From assembly GCA_963422365.1 (NCBI GenBank), contig OY729426.1, forward strand, positions 2,431,696 through 2,495,695: a DNA stretch of 64,000 nt. The letters are read 5' to 3'. The first letter of the stretch is position 1, and each line of letters starts with the position of its first letter. Positions 1 to 11,059 of this stretch are shown here, piece by piece. Source of the DNA: Nitrospirales bacterium. Lineage in GTDB: Bacteria; Nitrospirota; Nitrospiria; Nitrospirales; UBA8639. The position numbers and the translations under genes were made by a program. Under the pieces are notes generated by a model that saw nothing but the letters and a program-made list of their open reading frames with translations, did not search any database and had not been told where the DNA came from.

Positions 1-145
1 AATCCATACACCGTCCGCCCTGAGCGCGCAGCTTCTCTTCGGGAAACGGTTCATACATTTCCTTCCAATCCAACACCCGTAGCTCGACCGAACGCCGGGG
101 CGGCATTTCCCTCGAAACGTTCAAAAACCCGCGTGGATCACCCAT
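1..145 (-). CDS. gltD: Glutamate synthase small subunit, 5' part (runs off window edge)
   Basis: Manual translation from ATG at 145 gives MGDPRGFLNVSREMPPRRSVELRVLDWKEMYEPF...AQGGRCMD, a typical GltD N-terminus; overlaps the gltB stop. Confidence 0.9.
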   Translation of the reverse strand, partial: MGDPRGFLNVSREMPPRRSVELRVLDWKEMYEPFPEEKLRAQGGRCMD

Positions 146-3100
146 GAGCATGTACCTCTTTCTCTTGGATGCTTTTTTTCGCCGCTGCTTTGCGTTCCGC
201 CAACACCCGCTTGTAATCCAAGGGCATAACCTTGACAAACTTGGGAAGCATGATTGACCAGGAGTCCAACATCATCCGGGCCTTGCGGCTTCCCGTCTCG
301 CGGGCATGATTGCCAATCATGGTTTTTAAGGTTTGAATGTCTTCAGCCTCCACAACCTTTTCTAATTCCACCATCCCGAGATTACACCGAGATTCAAACT
401 TTCCGTCTTCATTCCAGACATAGGCTTCACCACCCGACATCCCGGCAGCAAAATTCCGACCGGTTTTGCCCAACACGACGACCACTCCTCCCGTCATATA
501 CTCACACCCGTGATCTCCTGTTCCCTCAATCACCGTGCGGACGCCGCTGTTTCTCACCGCAAACCGTTCACCGGCCGTCCCATAAAAATAACACTCTCCG
601 CGAGTGGCACCGTAGAGTGACGTATTGCCGATCAGAATCGTGTGTTCGGGTTGAAACATCGCACCTTGAGGTGGGGTCACGATGATCTTGCCGCCGGAGA
701 GTCCCTTGCCCAGATAGTCGTTCGACTCGCCTTCGAGATAGAGGGTGATGCCTTTGCTCAAAAAGGCACCAAACGATTGGCCAGCGGATCCCTTGAAGTT
801 GATGGTAATGGTATCGGTGGGCAATCCTTCTTCACCGTATTGCCGTGCGATACGACTGGACAGGATCGTCCCGGTCGTTCGATCGGTGTTATGGATCGGC
901 AAATCCAGCGTCACCTTTTCCTGCCGTTGAATCGCCGGCTCACACAGTTGCACCAACGTCACGTCCAACACCTTATCCAACCCGTGATCTTGTGGTTGGA
1001 CGTTGGACGTCGCCACCTCAGGCCCGATGTCTGGGCTCCACAGTAAAGGCGAGAGATCCAAGCCACTCGCCTTCCAATGGTCGATGGCTGTTTTCACTTT
1101 TAATTTGTCATTGCGGCCAATCATCTCTGGAAACGTTCTAAACCCAAGTTGCGCCATCAACTGTCGAACGTCTTCCGCCACGAAGAAAAAGAAATTCACC
1201 ACGTGATCCGGTTGGCCCGCAAACCGTTTCCGAAGTTCAGGATCTTGTGTCGCGATTCCAACCGGACAGGTGTTGAGATGACATTTCCGCATCATGATAC
1301 AGCCTTCGACAATTAACGGCGCGGTGGAAAATCCAAATTCCTCAGCACCGAGCAACGCAGCCACGACGACGTCGCGACCGGTTTTCATTTGTCCGTCGGT
1401 TTCAACCTTGATGCGTCCCCGAAGGTCATTGAGGACGAGGGTTTGATGGGTCTCTGCCAAGCCCAACTCCCAAGGAATCCCTGCCGACTTAATCGACGAC
1501 AAGGGAGACGCCCCCGTGCCACCGGAATCACCACTGATCAACACTTTGTCGGCATGCGCTTTCGAAACGCCTGCGGCCACCGTGCCCACGCCGACTTCAG
1601 ACACCAACTTCACGGATACGTCTGCGGCGGGACTCGAGTTTTTTAAATCAAAAATGAGTTGGGCCAAATCTTCGATCGAATAAATATCATGATGGGGTGG
1701 CGGTGAAATGAGCCCCACACCAGGCATTGAAAACCGGAGCCTGGCAATGACTTCGTCGACTTTATGACCGGGAAGTTGGCCTCCTTCCCCAGGCTTTGCC
1801 CCTTGCGCCATTTTGATTTGCAGTTCTTTCGCATTGACCAAATAATTCGCCGTGACCCCAAATCGACCTGAAGCCACTTGTTTGATAGACGAATTTTTCG
1901 AATCGCCGTTCGGCAGAGGAATAAATCGTTCCGAATCTTCCCCGCCCTCACCCGTGTTACTCTTGGCTCCGATCCGATTCATCGCGATCGCAAGGGTTTC
2001 ATGGGCCTCTTTACTGATTGCCCCATACGACATCGCGCCGGTGGTAAACCGTTTCACGATTTCCTTGGCGGGTTCCACTTCTTCTAATGCCAAAGGGCTC
2101 GGCACAAATTTGAACTCAAACAAACCGCGCAAATTCGATCGGTCCTGGGTTTCATCATTCACCAGTTGAGCATAGGCTTTGTACGTCTTGGCATCGTTGG
2201 TTTGGGTCGCATGCTGCAGGGTGGAGATGGTCTCCGGATTCCAATTATGATGTTCGCCCTGCATGCGATAGTGAATCTCACTGCCGAAGTCCAACTGCCG
2301 AATGGGAACCGGTTCGTACGCGACCAGATGGCGTCGTAGGGTCTCTTCGGCAATTTCCCGCATGCCCATGCCCTGAATGCGTGAAGGGGTCCCCGTGAAA
2401 TATCGATTCACAAGTTCTTCATTCAGTCCAACGGCTTCGAAGATTTGCGCGCCGCAATAGGACTGCACCGTCGAGATTCCCATTTTCGAAAAGATTTTGA
2501 GCAGGCCCTTGTTGATGGCTTTGATAAATTTCCCCGACGCGGTTTCTGCATCAATACCTTCCGGCAAATAGCCTTCGCGTTCCAAATCCTTATAGGTTTC
2601 AAACACCAGATACGGATTGACCACACCGGCGCCGTATCCAAGCAAACACGCAAAATGATGCGTATCCCGCGGCTCGCCAGTCTCAAGAATCAATCCAACT
2701 TCCGTTCGCGTGGCCTCACGCACCAGATGATGATGGACCGCGGAAATCCCCAACAAACTGGAGATCGACGCCCATTCCTCATCCACGCCGCGATCACTCA
2801 AGATCAAAAACTTAAAGCCCTCTTTAATGGCCTTGGACGCTTCCTGACACAGTTGGTCGACAGCCATCCCCAATCCCTCAGGACCGTCGGCCACACGAAA
2901 CAACAAGGGCAACGTCTTGCTCACAAAATGGGGGTCTTCGATCTCTCGGATTTTTTGCAACTGCGCATTGGTCAGAATCGGCTGCTGGACTTTGATTCTG
3001 CGACAGGCCTCTGGGATCTCAGCCGTCAGATTGGGCTTCGGTCCAATATTCGTGACCAACGACATGACCAACTGTTCCCGAATGGGATCAATAGGGGGAT

Positions 3101-4727
3101 TCGTGACCTGTGCGAAAAGTTGTTTGAAATATTTTGGCAACAGTTGCGGACGATTGGAAAGCACCGCCAAGGGAGTATCCGTTCCCATAGACGAAACGGG
3201 CTCTTCGCCATTGATCCCCATCGGCGACAACACCATTTTGATTTCCTCAATGGTATAGCCGAACACTTGTTGTCGTTGACGGAGGGTCGGGTGATCCGGT
3301 TGAGGCACATTCAACGGCTCAGGCAGCTCATCCAACGACACGCGATACTGGGTCAGCCAGGAGCGGTAGGGCTTACGCCCGACCATTTCCGCTTTGATCT
3401 CTTCGTCGTCGATAATTCGACCTTGAACCGTATCAACCAGAAACATGCGGCCCGGTTGGAGACGTCCTTTTTCACGAATGGTGTTCACATCGGCAGGCAA
3501 AACCCCGGCCTCAGAAGCCAGGACGACTAAATCATCCGTCGTCACCTGATACCGGCAGGGCCGTAACCCATTTCGATCCAATGTGGCCCCGATAAGTTTG
3601 CCGTCCGTAAACGCGACAGCCGCCGGGCCGTCCCAGGGTTCCATCATTGAGGCGTGATATTCATAAAATCCTCGTCGGCTCAAATCCATGTGAGGATTCC
3701 CCACCCACGGTTCAGGAATCAACATCATCATGGCATGAGGCAGAGACCGGCCGGCCATCACGAGAAATTCCACCGCATTATCGAGACATGCAGAATCGCT
3801 TTGTTCTTCATAGACAATGGGGTAGAGTTTTTCGAGATCATCACCAAACAGATCAGACGCCAAGCGCCCTTGGCGAGCTCGCATCCAATTGACGTTGCCT
3901 CGCAACGTATTAATTTCGCCGTTATGCACGACATACCGATAGGGGTGCGCTAACGACCACGTGGGGAAGGTATTTGTACTAAAACGGGAATGAACAAGCG
4001 CTAAGGCCGATACCATGCTGGAATCGGCTAAGTCAGGGAAGAAGCATTCAAGCTGTTCAGGCAACAGCATGCCTTTATAGACGATGGTGTTGGAAGACAA
4101 ACTGCAGACGTAGACTCGGCCTCGTTCCACCAACGCGGACTCACGAATCGCTCGGGCGATACGTTTCCGAACGACATACAACTTCCGTTCAAACTGAGCC
4201 TCATTCAGAATATCGCGCGCAATAAAAAACTGTCGAATAGAGGGAAGGGTCTTTTGTGCAAGCGCGCCAACATATTCGAGCTTCACCGGAACATCGCGCC
4301 ATCCCAAAAATCTCAGCCCTTCTTCGCGAAGAATCGATTCAAAGAGGCCTTCGCATTGCCTGCGAAGCGGTTCATCTTGGGGCAGGAATACCATTCCCAC
4401 CCCATAGCCACCCGATTCGGGCAATTGTAGACCGACGTTTTCGCAAGCACGCCTAAAAAATTCATGGGAGACTTGGAGAAGAATCCCTGCGCCATCACCG
4501 GTACACGGATCACAACCTTGTGCCCCGCGATGGTACAAGTTTCTCAAAACTGTCAACGACTTTTCGACGATATCGTGTGACTTATGGCCTTTAATGTTGA
4601 CGACAAATCCAATGCCACACCCATCCTTCTCAAACCGCGGGTCATAGAGTCCCTGTTTGAGCGGCAGCCCATCTAGTGGTCGTTGATGATTCATAAAAAA
4701 TTCGTGGCCCATCTCACACACATCCAC
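138..4727 (-). CDS. gltB: Glutamate synthase large subunit
   Basis: 1529-aa ORF with DGCGIGF (N-terminal Cys), HNGEINT, QGAKPGEGGQLPG, CHLNTCPVG and GXGXG domains; true start may be ATG at 4694. Confidence 0.97.
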   Translation of the reverse strand: MDVCEMGHEFFMNHQRPLDGLPLKQGLYDPRFEKDGCGIGFVVNIKGHKSHDIVEKSLTVLRNLYHRGAQGCDPCTGDGAGILLQVSHEFFRRACENVGLQLPESGGYGVGMVFLPQDEPLRRQCEGLFESILREEGLRFLGWRDVPVKLEYVGALAQKTLPSIRQFFIARDILNEAQFERKLYVVRKRIARAIRESALVERGRVYVCSLSSNTIVYKGMLLPEQLECFFPDLADSSMVSALALVHSRFSTNTFPTWSLAHPYRYVVHNGEINTLRGNVNWMRARQGRLASDLFGDDLEKLYPIVYEEQSDSACLDNAVEFLVMAGRSLPHAMMMLIPEPWVGNPHMDLSRRGFYEYHASMMEPWDGPAAVAFTDGKLIGATLDRNGLRPCRYQVTTDDLVVLASEAGVLPADVNTIREKGRLQPGRMFLVDTVQGRIIDDEEIKAEMVGRKPYRSWLTQYRVSLDELPEPLNVPQPDHPTLRQRQQVFGYTIEEIKMVLSPMGINGEEPVSSMGTDTPLAVLSNRPQLLPKYFKQLFAQVTNPPIDPIREQLVMSLVTNIGPKPNLTAEIPEACRRIKVQQPILTNAQLQKIREIEDPHFVSKTLPLLFRVADGPEGLGMAVDQLCQEASKAIKEGFKFLILSDRGVDEEWASISSLLGISAVHHHLVREATRTEVGLILETGEPRDTHHFACLLGYGAGVVNPYLVFETYKDLEREGYLPEGIDAETASGKFIKAINKGLLKIFSKMGISTVQSYCGAQIFEAVGLNEELVNRYFTGTPSRIQGMGMREIAEETLRRHLVAYEPVPIRQLDFGSEIHYRMQGEHHNWNPETISTLQHATQTNDAKTYKAYAQLVNDETQDRSNLRGLFEFKFVPSPLALEEVEPAKEIVKRFTTGAMSYGAISKEAHETLAIAMNRIGAKSNTGEGGEDSERFIPLPNGDSKNSSIKQVASGRFGVTANYLVNAKELQIKMAQGAKPGEGGQLPGHKVDEVIARLRFSMPGVGLISPPPHHDIYSIEDLAQLIFDLKNSSPAADVSVKLVSEVGVGTVAAGVSKAHADKVLISGDSGGTGASPLSSIKSAGIPWELGLAETHQTLVLNDLRGRIKVETDGQMKTGRDVVVAALLGAEEFGFSTAPLIVEGCIMMRKCHLNTCPVGIATQDPELRKRFAGQPDHVVNFFFFVAEDVRQLMAQLGFRTFPEMIGRNDKLKVKTAIDHWKASGLDLSPLLWSPDIGPEVATSNVQPQDHGLDKVLDVTLVQLCEPAIQRQEKVTLDLPIHNTDRTTGTILSSRIARQYGEEGLPTDTITINFKGSAGQSFGAFLSKGITLYLEGESNDYLGKGLSGGKIIVTPPQGAMFQPEHTILIGNTSLYGATRGECYFYGTAGERFAVRNSGVRTVIEGTGDHGCEYMTGGVVVVLGKTGRNFAAGMSGGEAYVWNEDGKFESRCNLGMVELEKVVEAEDIQTLKTMIGNHARETGSRKARMMLDSWSIMLPKFVKVMPLDYKRVLAERKAAAKKSIQEKEVHAHG

Positions 4728-4952
4728 GAGGAAAACATTTCAGGCCCCCTGACCGGTCATTTCGCCTCACGCAAGAAAAGCATGAGGAAATCCAAGGAGA
4801 AGCAGAGGCATGACGGAAATCTACTGGATACGAAAAAATGGTGTCAAGGCAGACCCCGGAAAACCCCGCACCCCTTCTTGCGATATCCGGGGTTCAAGCA
4901 TTGATGGACACGTACCTTGACAAACACCAGACCCTCCCCTAGGATCGCCGAA

Positions 4953-5960
4953 ATGGCCAATGGGCAACCAGTCATTCAGCGTTCCCTCACGATGGATGAG
5001 GTATGGGAGCATTATCGCCATGACCTCGAAGAAATCGAATCGCAAATTCGGCATCACCTCAATTCCGAAGCACCCCTCATTAACGAAATTGCCGCCCACA
5101 TTCTCGATGGTGGCGGCAAACGCATTCGCCCCCTCCTGTTGAGTCTCTGTGCTCGACTCACGGGCTATGACCCCAAAAACGACTTGGTCCTTGGCAGTCT
5201 CATTGAATTCATCCATACGGCGACTCTGCTCCATGACGATGTATTGGATGAAGCGACGCTTCGCCGAGGTCAACCCACTGCTCGATGCATTTGGGGAAAT
5301 CGGGCCAGTATTTTGGTGGGAGACTATCTCTACTCACGAGCGATGCAGCATATTGCCGCATTTAAGAACCACGGTATTAATAATACCATGGCCGTGGCCT
5401 GCCGGAAAATGGCGGAAGGAGAAATTCTTCAGCTGTGTGCCAACCAGCACCCACTGTTACCTGAATCGGATTATTTACGGATCGTCGAGTACAAAACCGG
5501 AGCCTTAGTGGCGGCCGCGTGCAAAGTAGGGGGCCTGCTGGGAGACACCTTCCTCCTTCAACAGGAAGCGTTATATCAATTCGGTTTAAACTTGGGCATT
5601 GCCTTTCAACTAGCTGATGATTGGCTCGATTATACGGCCAATGACAAAAGCCTGGGAAAGACCCTTGGCCAAGATTTGATGCAAGGAATGGTCACCCTGC
5701 CCCTTATCCATTTATTGCCGTGTTTGCCGGATGAAGACCAACAAATCCTGGTCTCCAAAATTGGAAACGACGCCATTGAAGAGGATGATTTACTCCAGAT
5801 CACGGCACGCATGCATCAGCATGGATCGTTGCGATACACCAAGGCCCGTTCCCAGGAATACATCGATGCCGCGCTTGTGAATCTCACCGCCTTTGAAGAT
5901 TCCACGGCCAAACGTGCCCTCATCGTCGTAGCCGATTACATGGTCAACCGCGACTGCTAA
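4953..5960 (+). CDS. Polyprenyl (octaprenyl-type) diphosphate synthase
   Basis: GGKRIRP, HDDVLD..RRG and FQLADDWLD aspartate-rich motifs; start uncertain (4917-4992). Confidence 0.9.
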   Translation: MANGQPVIQRSLTMDEVWEHYRHDLEEIESQIRHHLNSEAPLINEIAAHILDGGGKRIRPLLLSLCARLTGYDPKNDLVLGSLIEFIHTATLLHDDVLDEATLRRGQPTARCIWGNRASILVGDYLYSRAMQHIAAFKNHGINNTMAVACRKMAEGEILQLCANQHPLLPESDYLRIVEYKTGALVAAACKVGGLLGDTFLLQQEALYQFGLNLGIAFQLADDWLDYTANDKSLGKTLGQDLMQGMVTLPLIHLLPCLPDEDQQILVSKIGNDAIEEDDLLQITARMHQHGSLRYTKARSQEYIDAALVNLTAFEDSTAKRALIVVADYMVNRDC

Positions 5961-5966
5961 GGCTTT

Positions 5967-6944
5967 TCAAGTCGTAAGCGTCATTTTTTCTCGTCGTGCG
6001 GCTAGAAAGACGAGCCCTATGAGAATCCACATGATTTCGCGAATCCGACGGATTACGGCAAAGGTGATCCCTGTCACCTCGCTGTACCCTAATGCCGTCA
6101 ATAAAAAAAGATAGCCTCCTTCTTGCGCCCCCAGTCCACCGGGAACAAACGACACACTTCCCTTGATCAATACCGCAATCGCGGCGATAGACAAAGACGA
6201 CAACCACCCGACCTCCGCGCCCAGGAAATATAGAATCGCATACACTTCAAACAACTCCGTCAACCATGCGACAAAGTATACCCCCATTGACAACAAAAAC
6301 GTCTGGCGGCGCTGTTGATAAAAATTTCGAATCGTCCGATCCAACTCCAATAACTGCGACCGATGGTTCTCCAGCCACTGCGACCGAATCCTGCACGTTT
6401 CGGCAACCGTTAACAGCCCTGCTCCGATTCCATAGTGCTGGACGACGAGAAACAAGAAGACTCCAAACCCAAGCATGCCCACGCCGACGAAAGCGATCAA
6501 GGCGCTGTACGGTCCTCCCCCTACGAGCCACAACATCAGGACTAACCCCAACAACATAAACAGGATCTGTGCAATGGACATGATTGTCTTGGCTGTCACC
6601 ACAGAGGCTAACCCTTCGACCATGGGGACCTCATACCGTGTGAGCAGATAGGCCTTCATGGGTTCACCGCCAAGCATAGCCGTCGGGGTTGTCACGTTAA
6701 TGGCTTCGCCCGCCATTCTCACCATAAACAACCGGACAAACCCCACTCGACTCGCCCACTGACCCAAGGTCAGGAACCATCCATAGGTCTCGAGAAGATA
6801 CACCACCAGAAGCGGGGTGAGAATAATGCAGAAAGAGACAACCCCAACGTGTTCAACCGTCTCCCATACTCGAGAGGGGCCGATATGCCAGATCAACCCA
6901 CCCAGAACACCAAGACCCACGGCAAGGAGGACACACCGAATCAT
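5967..6944 (-). CDS. Lysylphosphatidylglycerol-synthase TM / flippase-like membrane protein (UPF0104/HpnL-like)
   Basis: Multi-pass hydrophobic 325-aa ORF with GGEPMKAYLL and PGGLGAQEGG motifs. Confidence 0.75.
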   Translation of the reverse strand: MIRCVLLAVGLGVLGGLIWHIGPSRVWETVEHVGVVSFCIILTPLLVVYLLETYGWFLTLGQWASRVGFVRLFMVRMAGEAINVTTPTAMLGGEPMKAYLLTRYEVPMVEGLASVVTAKTIMSIAQILFMLLGLVLMLWLVGGGPYSALIAFVGVGMLGFGVFLFLVVQHYGIGAGLLTVAETCRIRSQWLENHRSQLLELDRTIRNFYQQRRQTFLLSMGVYFVAWLTELFEVYAILYFLGAEVGWLSSLSIAAIAVLIKGSVSFVPGGLGAQEGGYLFLLTALGYSEVTGITFAVIRRIREIMWILIGLVFLAARREKMTLTT

Positions 6945-7052
6945 GGGATTAACTTAGCATGAAAAGCGAAGAGGGAAGGCATGATGCGTAAAGAAATTTG
7001 TTGAACCTTACGCCCCATGTCACTGTGTTCGGGATAACGCTTAAAGAGCGCG

Positions 7053-8537
7053 TCAGGATTGATGAGGGGGAAAAGCTCGACGAAGGCTCCACGCCATCAT
7101 GACGGCAAAAAAACTTGCCCCCACTGCGCCGAGCCAGAGAAACCAAGGCAGCACTCCCAAACAGGCCGACACCGCCACTACAATCGAAAAATCGCGATTG
7201 GCCACATGGTCGAGAATAAAATCAAAACGGGTTCGACAGGCTCGACTCAGACGTCGCCAATTCAAGGCTTTGGCTTTTAGGGACCTTATCCGATTGACAC
7301 CCCATAGAGAAAACCCTGTAGAGACAACGGCAAGGGCTCCTAATAGCAGTGGGAGGGAGGGAAAGTCCCAAGGATTTTCTAGATACGTGCCCCAGGCAAT
7401 TCCCGCAAACACCGCCATATGCACAATATTGTCTGACACAAGATCTAATGCTTGGCCCAACCGAGATTCTGCAAAGGTGAGGCGCGCCACTTCTCCATCA
7501 CAACAATCGATAAGCACTGCGAATTGAAACAGGAGGGCCCCAATCATGCCCAGATGATACGAGCCTCTGGCAAAACACGCCGCACCAATGAGGCCAATCA
7601 CCAACGACAAAAGAGTAATGGCATTTGGCGAAAATCCCAGTTTGATAAAGAATCGGCTCAAAAGCCGGGAGAACTTCCGATTCACATAGCGGTCGATGAA
7701 CCCATCCATGGAACCTTTCACGTCTTGCAACGAACGAAACAAGATGTGTTCCGCTTTAGAGAGCCCACCGGGCTCTCTGACGTCTTGATATCCATGGGAC
7801 GAGGCAGACAGGGTTTGCAGGACTTCTTCCGCAGCTGCCTGCTCCAACGCCAACCGAACCGGACTCGTTTCCAGGGTGCTCCATGCACTAGATATCCCTA
7901 ATAACCGAGCCGGCAAGACAACCAGGTCCTCCACAGGAGCAAGCCCCGTGCCTGCAACCTCAACAGGGTCCACCTTGGAGCTCTGCTGGTCACAAAATAC
8001 GACTCGAGGCCTGTGTCCGCTCGTGTGAGAATCAGTTCGCATCACCACACGAGGATTCGCGCTCCACCCGGGTTCACCCGGCCGACCGACCGCCACCACG
8101 GCTCGTCCCTCTTTCCCTTCTTCTCTGAAAGATTCGAGCAACGACGGAGGAAACACCATATGACAACTGAGAATGAAACATGATCCCTTCATCTCACTCG
8201 CCAAGGCTTCCCACGTCTGAGGATCCGACGGAGGAAATTCACGAATAGGAAGCCAGCGGATCGCCGCTTGGATACGATCATCGCCATCAATCAACGAGCG
8301 AAGCCGTTGTTCCTCCTGACCCACTAATGTCAGAATTTGTGAGATCCCTGCATCCTGAAGGGTGAAAACGGTTCGTTGAAAGAGCGTAAGCCCACCAACG
8401 TGGGTCAAGGCCCCAACAGCAGATTGATCAGACGCCCCAACTAAATCAAATACACCTGACGAGGCTAAAACGATGGCCGTGTCGATCATGCCGATTTCAG
8501 GTTTATTGAGTGTTCCGTCCATAGGTGCGGGGTTCAC
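7053..8537 (-). CDS. CDP-alcohol phosphatidyltransferase with N-terminal NTP-transferase-like domain
   Basis: C-terminal DCCDGEVAR...GQALDLVSD signature and PNAITLLS; N-terminal TAIVLA...VGGLTLFQRTV resembles a degenerate nucleotidyltransferase. Confidence 0.85.
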   Translation of the reverse strand: MNPAPMDGTLNKPEIGMIDTAIVLASSGVFDLVGASDQSAVGALTHVGGLTLFQRTVFTLQDAGISQILTLVGQEEQRLRSLIDGDDRIQAAIRWLPIREFPPSDPQTWEALASEMKGSCFILSCHMVFPPSLLESFREEGKEGRAVVAVGRPGEPGWSANPRVVMRTDSHTSGHRPRVVFCDQQSSKVDPVEVAGTGLAPVEDLVVLPARLLGISSAWSTLETSPVRLALEQAAAEEVLQTLSASSHGYQDVREPGGLSKAEHILFRSLQDVKGSMDGFIDRYVNRKFSRLLSRFFIKLGFSPNAITLLSLVIGLIGAACFARGSYHLGMIGALLFQFAVLIDCCDGEVARLTFAESRLGQALDLVSDNIVHMAVFAGIAWGTYLENPWDFPSLPLLLGALAVVSTGFSLWGVNRIRSLKAKALNWRRLSRACRTRFDFILDHVANRDFSIVVAVSACLGVLPWFLWLGAVGASFFAVMMAWSLRRAFPPHQS

Positions 8538-8570
8538 CTTCGCACGACTATGCTTGGCAAGAAATGGGCC

Positions 8571-9305
8571 TTACCCTCTAACATGTTCTCCCAACCGGGG
8601 CAAAATGTCTTTTCGTGCCCGTTCCAGATCTTCAGGGAAGTCAATCTCAATCCAAGGCAGGCCCCCAATTTTCTCAACCCCGACCGGGATGTCGCGAAAA
8701 AAGTCTTCCAACGCATCTTCATATTCTATATCCAGCAGCCCCTGATTCACACGCATCTCTACCGATCGGAGCAAACGAGGCACGGCAGCATGCTCCACGC
8801 GTAAAAATCCCACGCCTTCGCCCACCAGGTCATACTCTCCCTGCACGTACTTGGACAACATCACCACCCGTCCCTCCCGTACCACGACCATGCATTCCTC
8901 TGTTTGTTGCGTCACCGTTTCATCCATCAACAGGGAATTGGCATACGGAGAAGTGAACAATCGCTCAAGGATAGCGGGATGAAACAGGACGTCGGCATCC
9001 ATGATCACCACATCATCATCCAATGCTTGTCGGGCCACCCACAAAGAGCCAAGGCTTCCACGTTCAAATTGGCTATTGACCAAGAACCTCACATCCAATG
9101 GGGAGGGGTATGAAGCCACCGCCTCACGAATGAATTCTTGTTTGTACCCGACCACCAGACAGATTTGGGTCACGCTCAGATCAAGCAGCGCATCGAAATA
9201 GCGATACAGAAGGGGCCGCTTTCCAATCTCAATCAAACATTTAGGGTGATGGGTCAGAATATGAAGCCGACTCCCACGCCCTGCAGCCAAAATGACCGCT
9301 TTCAT
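8571..9305 (-). CDS. Phosphocholine/phosphonate cytidylyltransferase family protein
   Basis: MKAVILAAGRGSRL...PKCL nucleotidyltransferase motif and C-terminal WIEIDFPEDL (LicC-like). Confidence 0.85.
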   Translation of the reverse strand: MKAVILAAGRGSRLHILTHHPKCLIEIGKRPLLYRYFDALLDLSVTQICLVVGYKQEFIREAVASYPSPLDVRFLVNSQFERGSLGSLWVARQALDDDVVIMDADVLFHPAILERLFTSPYANSLLMDETVTQQTEECMVVVREGRVVMLSKYVQGEYDLVGEGVGFLRVEHAAVPRLLRSVEMRVNQGLLDIEYEDALEDFFRDIPVGVEKIGGLPWIEIDFPEDLERARKDILPRLGEHVRG

Positions 9306-10396
9306 GTCCCCCTGTTCTCCTGCTGCAAGACTTCCTCAAACGCCCCCAGGAAATCTTCGATGTGTTGTGCCTGTAAAGCGCCCATATTCGCCACGCGGAA
9401 AATCTTCGACTCTAAATGTCCTTGGCCGGCATAGATAACATAGCCGCGCTCTTTCAGACGGTCATGGAGGACGGGATACGTCAGTCCTTCCGGCAAATAA
9501 AAGGCTGTCAACGAATTCGACTGATGCTCCGCAGGAAGCACGGCTTGCACCCCAAGGGTTTCCATCCGTTCCCGAATCAGAGAGGCCATCCGTCCATATC
9601 GCTTGATCCGATTGCCAACTCCTTCTTCCAAGAGTTCCGATAAGGCTTCACCGAATGCGGCATACAACTGAATAGCCGGCGTAAAGGGAAGACGGCTTTT
9701 TTCTTGTGTCTCGTAATAATTGCCCAGGTTCAAATACCACGAGCGCTTGGGGTACTTCACCACATTTTCCATAAAGCCTTTTCGAACCAGAACAAACGAA
9801 ACTCCTGGGAATCCCTGAATACACTTTCCCGCGGTCCCAGCCACCATATACATATGACGACCGGCAATATCCAAGGATTCCCCTCCTAACCCACTGACAG
9901 AATCCAGTACAAAGACCCCCCCACGGCTATCGACGTGTTCTGCAATTTCGTGAACGGGATTGAGAAGCCCCAGAGTCGTTTCATGATGAACCATGACCAC
10001 CGCATGAGCCGACGGCTGTTGCTTCAGAGATTTAAGAATTGTTTCCGGATCGGGCTGGGTATCCCACTTACATTTGATTTCAGCAATCCCAAGGCGTTGT
10101 GTCGCAACGATTGAAGAAATCCGTTCTCCATACACCCCGTTATTGACATGAACCAGGCGCTTCCCTGCCGGCAAACACGACATGATGGAGGCCTCTACCG
10201 CAGCCGTACCCGAGCCAGTCAGAAGAATCGCGGTGTAATCCGATTCCGCACCCGGAACAAAGGCTTCCAGAAGTTTCCGACGAATCTTGCCAATCAATTC
10301 CGCGCATTCGGATTCCCGATGACAGAGATCCGGACCTATCAAGGCATTTCGGACGCGATCTGAGACATTGACCGGACCTGGATTGAGCAGTATCAT
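9302..10396 (-). CDS. 2-aminoethylphosphonate aminotransferase-like PLP class V enzyme
   Basis: LLNPGP, GSGTAAVE, VHHETTLGLLNP, GKCIQGFPG (PLP lysine) and YVIYAGQG motifs of the PhnW/AepZ family. Confidence 0.85.
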   Translation of the reverse strand: MILLNPGPVNVSDRVRNALIGPDLCHRESECAELIGKIRRKLLEAFVPGAESDYTAILLTGSGTAAVEASIMSCLPAGKRLVHVNNGVYGERISSIVATQRLGIAEIKCKWDTQPDPETILKSLKQQPSAHAVVMVHHETTLGLLNPVHEIAEHVDSRGGVFVLDSVSGLGGESLDIAGRHMYMVAGTAGKCIQGFPGVSFVLVRKGFMENVVKYPKRSWYLNLGNYYETQEKSRLPFTPAIQLYAAFGEALSELLEEGVGNRIKRYGRMASLIRERMETLGVQAVLPAEHQSNSLTAFYLPEGLTYPVLHDRLKERGYVIYAGQGHLESKIFRVANMGALQAQHIEDFLGAFEEVLQQENRGT

Positions 10397-10452
10397 GAGC
10401 TTGACGTTATCCTTTTTTCCTTAGTTATGACATCCATTGAGACCCAAATGAG

Positions 10453-11043
10453 CTAGCCGTGACCCACGGCTGCACGAAAACGTTTTGTCATATCAGGGGG
10501 ATCGAGGGCCACTCGATCGGCATCTTCAATCTGCTCGTTGACTTTAATCAGCAAAAAATTCGGGCCCTCGCTGTTCAGCATGTCTTTAAATTCATAGACA
10601 ATATCCTCTCGTTCCCAAACCCGTTCGACAGTGGCGTAGCCGGCAGCCTTGGCTACGTGGTCCAGCCGAACGAACCGCGAATAGGAAGGCTGATTGCCGG
10701 TTGTCCCGTACACCTCGTTATCAAAGACCACATGAGTCAGGTTTTTCGGGTGTAATGCTCCGATAGTGGCCAATGTACCCATCCCCATGAGCACGTTCCC
10801 ATCACCATCGAACACGACGACTGGCTGTTCCGGTTTGGCCAAAGCAAGACCCAATCCAATTGAGGCAGCGACCCCCATCGACCCAATCATATAAAAATTG
10901 CCTGCCCGGTCCTGGATTTTTTGGGCTTCCCGTGAGGGGAACCCATTACAAATGATCACAGGTTGGTCAGACAGAACCTCAAAGAGCGCTTGAATCGCCT
11001 GGGCTCTGCTCTGCATCACGCCTTCTTCAGGTCGCAAACTCAC
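10453..11043 (-). CDS. Phosphonopyruvate/sulfopyruvate decarboxylase beta subunit (ThDP-binding)
   Basis: NFYMIGSMG and DGDGNVLM...DNEVYGTTGNQ ThDP motif. Confidence 0.85.
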   Translation of the reverse strand: MSLRPEEGVMQSRAQAIQALFEVLSDQPVIICNGFPSREAQKIQDRAGNFYMIGSMGVAASIGLGLALAKPEQPVVVFDGDGNVLMGMGTLATIGALHPKNLTHVVFDNEVYGTTGNQPSYSRFVRLDHVAKAAGYATVERVWEREDIVYEFKDMLNSEGPNFLLIKVNEQIEDADRVALDPPDMTKRFRAAVGHG

Positions 11044-11059
11044 TGACTCTCGCCCTTTC

